This document shows positions 61,505 to 64,000 of a stretch of 64,000 nucleotides of DNA, one piece after another. The DNA is taken from positions 1,095 to 65,094 of the forward strand of contig JAHJDW010000032.1 in NCBI GenBank assembly GCA_018812245.1, written 5' to 3'. The first letter of the stretch is position 1. Each line of letters begins with the position of its first letter. Under the pieces are notes generated by a model that saw nothing but the letters and a program-made list of their open reading frames with translations, was not told where the DNA came from and searched no databases. This stretch comes from Bacteroidota bacterium. GTDB taxonomy: Bacteria > Bacteroidota > Bacteroidia > Bacteroidales > JAHJDW01. The position numbers and the translations under genes are program-made.

Positions 61505-64000
61505 CTACCTCCCAATCACAAAACGCAGGGTTTTGGTATGTGAGCGGTTTTCAGCGCGAACGAAATAGGTTCCGGATTCAAGATTTTCGATATTGATCCG
61601 CACAACGCCATCAGTTGCTCCACCAAAATCAGTAGAGGTTGCAAACAGCACTCTGCCCGCGATATCGATCACTTCAATATTCACATCCGATACCTGATCG
61701 AGGCTGATCTGAACGCTCAATTCTGTAGTAGCGGGATTCGGGAAAATCTTCATCGTCATTAGTTCAAACTCAGGAAGCTCAAACACAGACATAATTTCGT
61801 TTACCTCCACATCCTGACAATAGGAGTCAGAGGCTCCGGTAATCGGGTCAGAAATGGAGAAGCATACATTGTACGTCCCTGCCGAATCGTAGATATGTGT
61901 TGGTTTCAGTGTGGATGAATCGGTTGAGCCATCACCAAAATCCCAACTGATTACCGCGGGGTCGCCAAAAGCAGCGCCTTTGAAGTCAACCGGATATTGA
62001 TTTGATTTGCTCGTAGAGTCAACAATATAACCAAAAGCCGCCTGCAATCCCTGATCGCCGGCACCCGCATTCACATAATCAAAATAGTAGTCGAAACAAC
62101 CAGTGGTTGAGTTTTCAACTTCCAGAAATGCAATGTAGAAATCGGGCGTTCCATAATTGTGAACCGGACTTTTCAGTGCTGAAGTCGCACCATCACCAAA
62201 ATCCCAGGCGTAGTCAGTGATATTGACCGAAGATGCATTCACAAATTTCACTTTGGTTGTATCAGTGATGTAGAAAAACCCTGCATAGCAGTCAGCATCC
62301 GGATCGCCGGCAATAACATTATCGCAGTAGATGTTGTAACACCCTGTAGCAGCATTTTGTATCGTGAGGCAAACATCATAATATCCACCCGATGCGAAAG
62401 TATGAACAGGATTCTGTACCGTTGAGGAAGTGCCATCGCCGAAGTTCCACTTCACACTCAACGAGGCAAGATTACCACTTGTATTGTGAAAGATCACTTC
62501 GTTTGAAGTTTCGTTGCTTATATAGCTAAAGTCAGCTTCACAGTCCATCGAAACATCACCAATCATCACAATATCCTCATAATACCCCCAGCAACCATCA
62601 ACAGTATCCTCGATATAGATGCCTGCATAAAAATAACCAGGATGTCCGTAGTTATGAGTAGGATTTACAGCAGCAGAGTATGCTCCATCACCAAATTCCC
62701 AGTAGTACAATAGATTTTGCCCTACAGAATTATTCTGAAAATGAACTGTATTATTTAATGAATCAACGTACAAACCGAAGCTAGCCTGGCAATTGAGATC
62801 ACCAACTGCAACGTAATCACAATATTCGTCAATACATGCGCCCAAAGAATCGCTAACCACAAGGCAAACCGAATAGTAGCCTCCGTCAGGGAAAATATGA
62901 ACAGGGTTTTTCTGGTGAGAGAAAGTTCCATCATCAAACGACCAGTAGTAGAGACTGGCATCGCTTCCGGAGGAGCAGACAAAAGTCACCGAATTGCTTG
63001 TTGGTGAAGGATAATAGTAGAAATCAGCATAGCAATCTGTAGTACCAACCTGAATCTGAATTTCGATCTCATCATAGCAATCAGCGAGTGTATCAAACAC
63101 TGAAAGAAATACATCATAGAATCCGTCGGCATTGCATGTATGAACCGGGTTCATCTCAGTAGAAGTAGCACCATCGTCGAAATACCAGTAATGCTGGTTT
63201 GACTGTGAAGAATTGCTGAAAAATGAAAACACGTAACCAGTAGTATCAACATCAAACCAGAAATCGGCATAAGCCATGCAGTAGTCCATTTCCGTTATTT
63301 CAATATTCAGACATTGCTGCTCGCTGCAACCTGAAGTATAGTCGCTCACATACAGACAAGCATTGTAGATTCCAGTATCACCATATTCATGAGAGATCTG
63401 GGTCATCTGGCCATATTCGTAGTCACCATCTCCAAAATTCCAATCCATATTAGCTCCAGGTGCAACTCCCGACAAGCCGGCATTAAACAACACGGTATTA
63501 TGATCAATTGTATAGCTCAGATTAACCTGAAAAGAGTTATCAACTATTACTTCTTCTTCGTAATAGGCAGTGCAAGAGGGATCCAGAGGGTCTTCCACGG
63601 TTACAGATACAATGTATGTTCCCGGTACAGCAAAAGTGTGCTCAACATCGGCTGTGTCCTGATATGTATTTCCATCACCCATATCCCAGAAAATATTAAC
63701 CATCCCACCAACACTTTGGTAGTAAGCAGAAAAATTGCGGGTCAGCGTACACGATGAGGTATTGTCGAAAAAATATGTACTCAGGTTACAGCCATCAGTT
63801 GTAAGAATCTCAGCGGTATTGCATACATAGTAAGTACAGTAATAATTTTCCTGATCAGTAACAGTCAAGCAAACGGAATAATTTCCGGTATCTATATAAG
63901 CGACCTCAACATATTCCAGATTGCTCACATTGTACCCATTGCCAAAGTCCCAAGTGTAATTGAAGTCTCCACTTCCACCAGTAATTCCCATTGCGTCCAC
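61505..64000 (-). CDS. T9SS-secreted protein with at least 9 tandem PKD-like repeats (N-terminus beyond the window)
   Basis: Repeated units of the form WDFGDG.....NP.H.Y...G.Y.V.L.V.D...C. The C-terminus is a T9SS sorting domain: KIFPNPATTELSVQISL...GTYFVRAENRSHTKTLRFVIGR. Confidence 0.85.
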   Translation of the reverse strand: MDAMGITGGSGDFNYTWDFGNGYNVSNLEYVEVAYIDTGNYSVCLTVTDQENYYCTYYVCNTAEILTTDGCNLSTYFFDNTSSCTLTRNFSAYYQSVGGMVNIFWDMGDGNTYQDTADVEHTFAVPGTYIVSVTVEDPLDPSCTAYYEEEVIVDNSFQVNLSYTIDHNTVLFNAGLSGVAPGANMDWNFGDGDYEYGQMTQISHEYGDTGIYNACLYVSDYTSGCSEQQCLNIEITEMDYCMAYADFWFDVDTTGYVFSFFSNSSQSNQHYWYFDDGATSTEMNPVHTCNADGFYDVFLSVFDTLADCYDEIEIQIQVGTTDCYADFYYYPSPTSNSVTFVCSSGSDASLYYWSFDDGTFSHQKNPVHIFPDGGYYSVCLVVSDSLGACIDEYCDYVAVGDLNCQASFGLYVDSLNNTVHFQNNSVGQNLLYYWEFGDGAYSAAVNPTHNYGHPGYFYAGIYIEDTVDGCWGYYEDIVMIGDVSMDCEADFSYISNETSNEVIFHNTSGNLASLSVKWNFGDGTSSTVQNPVHTFASGGYYDVCLTIQNAATGCYNIYCDNVIAGDPDADCYAGFFYITDTTKVKFVNASSVNITDYAWDFGDGATSALKSPVHNYGTPDFYIAFLEVENSTTGCFDYYFDYVNAGAGDQGLQAAFGYIVDSTSKSNQYPVDFKGAAFGDPAVISWDFGDGSTDSSTLKPTHIYDSAGTYNVCFSISDPITGASDSYCQDVEVNEIMSVFELPEFELMTMKIFPNPATTELSVQISLDQVSDVNIEVIDIAGRVLFATSTDFGGATDGVVRINIENLESGTYFVRAENRSHTKTLRFVIGR

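Overview
This 64-kb chromosomal segment reads as Bacteroidota. Two proteins carry T9SS C-terminal sorting domains, one carries a FISUMP domain, several genes have TAnnTTTG -7 promoter boxes, and many neighbouring genes are tightly coupled. I can support about 45 protein-coding genes, one tRNA-Arg(ACG), several rho-independent terminators and a few candidate operators. There is no rRNA and no CRISPR array. The core is housekeeping: dnaX, dapD, ppdK, clpS, nfeD/floA, two M16 peptidases, an S9 peptidase, an M20 amidohydrolase, an SSF transporter and hypF. Mixed in are envelope and secreted proteins and sensory modules (a TPR-LytS/LytTR two-component pair and two tandem TPR-PP2C phosphatases). The items most worth a second look are: (1) a 1556-aa tandem double UvrA-like ABC ATPase with four nucleotide-binding modules, two of them degenerate; (2) an AmgK-like sugar kinase fused to a RapZ C-terminal domain, translationally coupled to a MurU-like nucleotidyltransferase and an AddB-like nuclease; (3) a textbook LytTR-type direct-repeat operator upstream of a T9SS-secreted lectin-fold protein; (4) two genes interrupted by single in-frame TAA codons (the AddB-like nuclease and a PIN toxin); (5) an AT-rich orphan three-gene cassette at the left edge, one gene of which is missing from the supplied ORF track; (6) an ORF-free 0.8-kb stretch beside the tRNA; (7) a PPDK with a Lys/Ala-rich C-terminal tail. 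All functional calls rest on motif recognition by eye. No database search was run.
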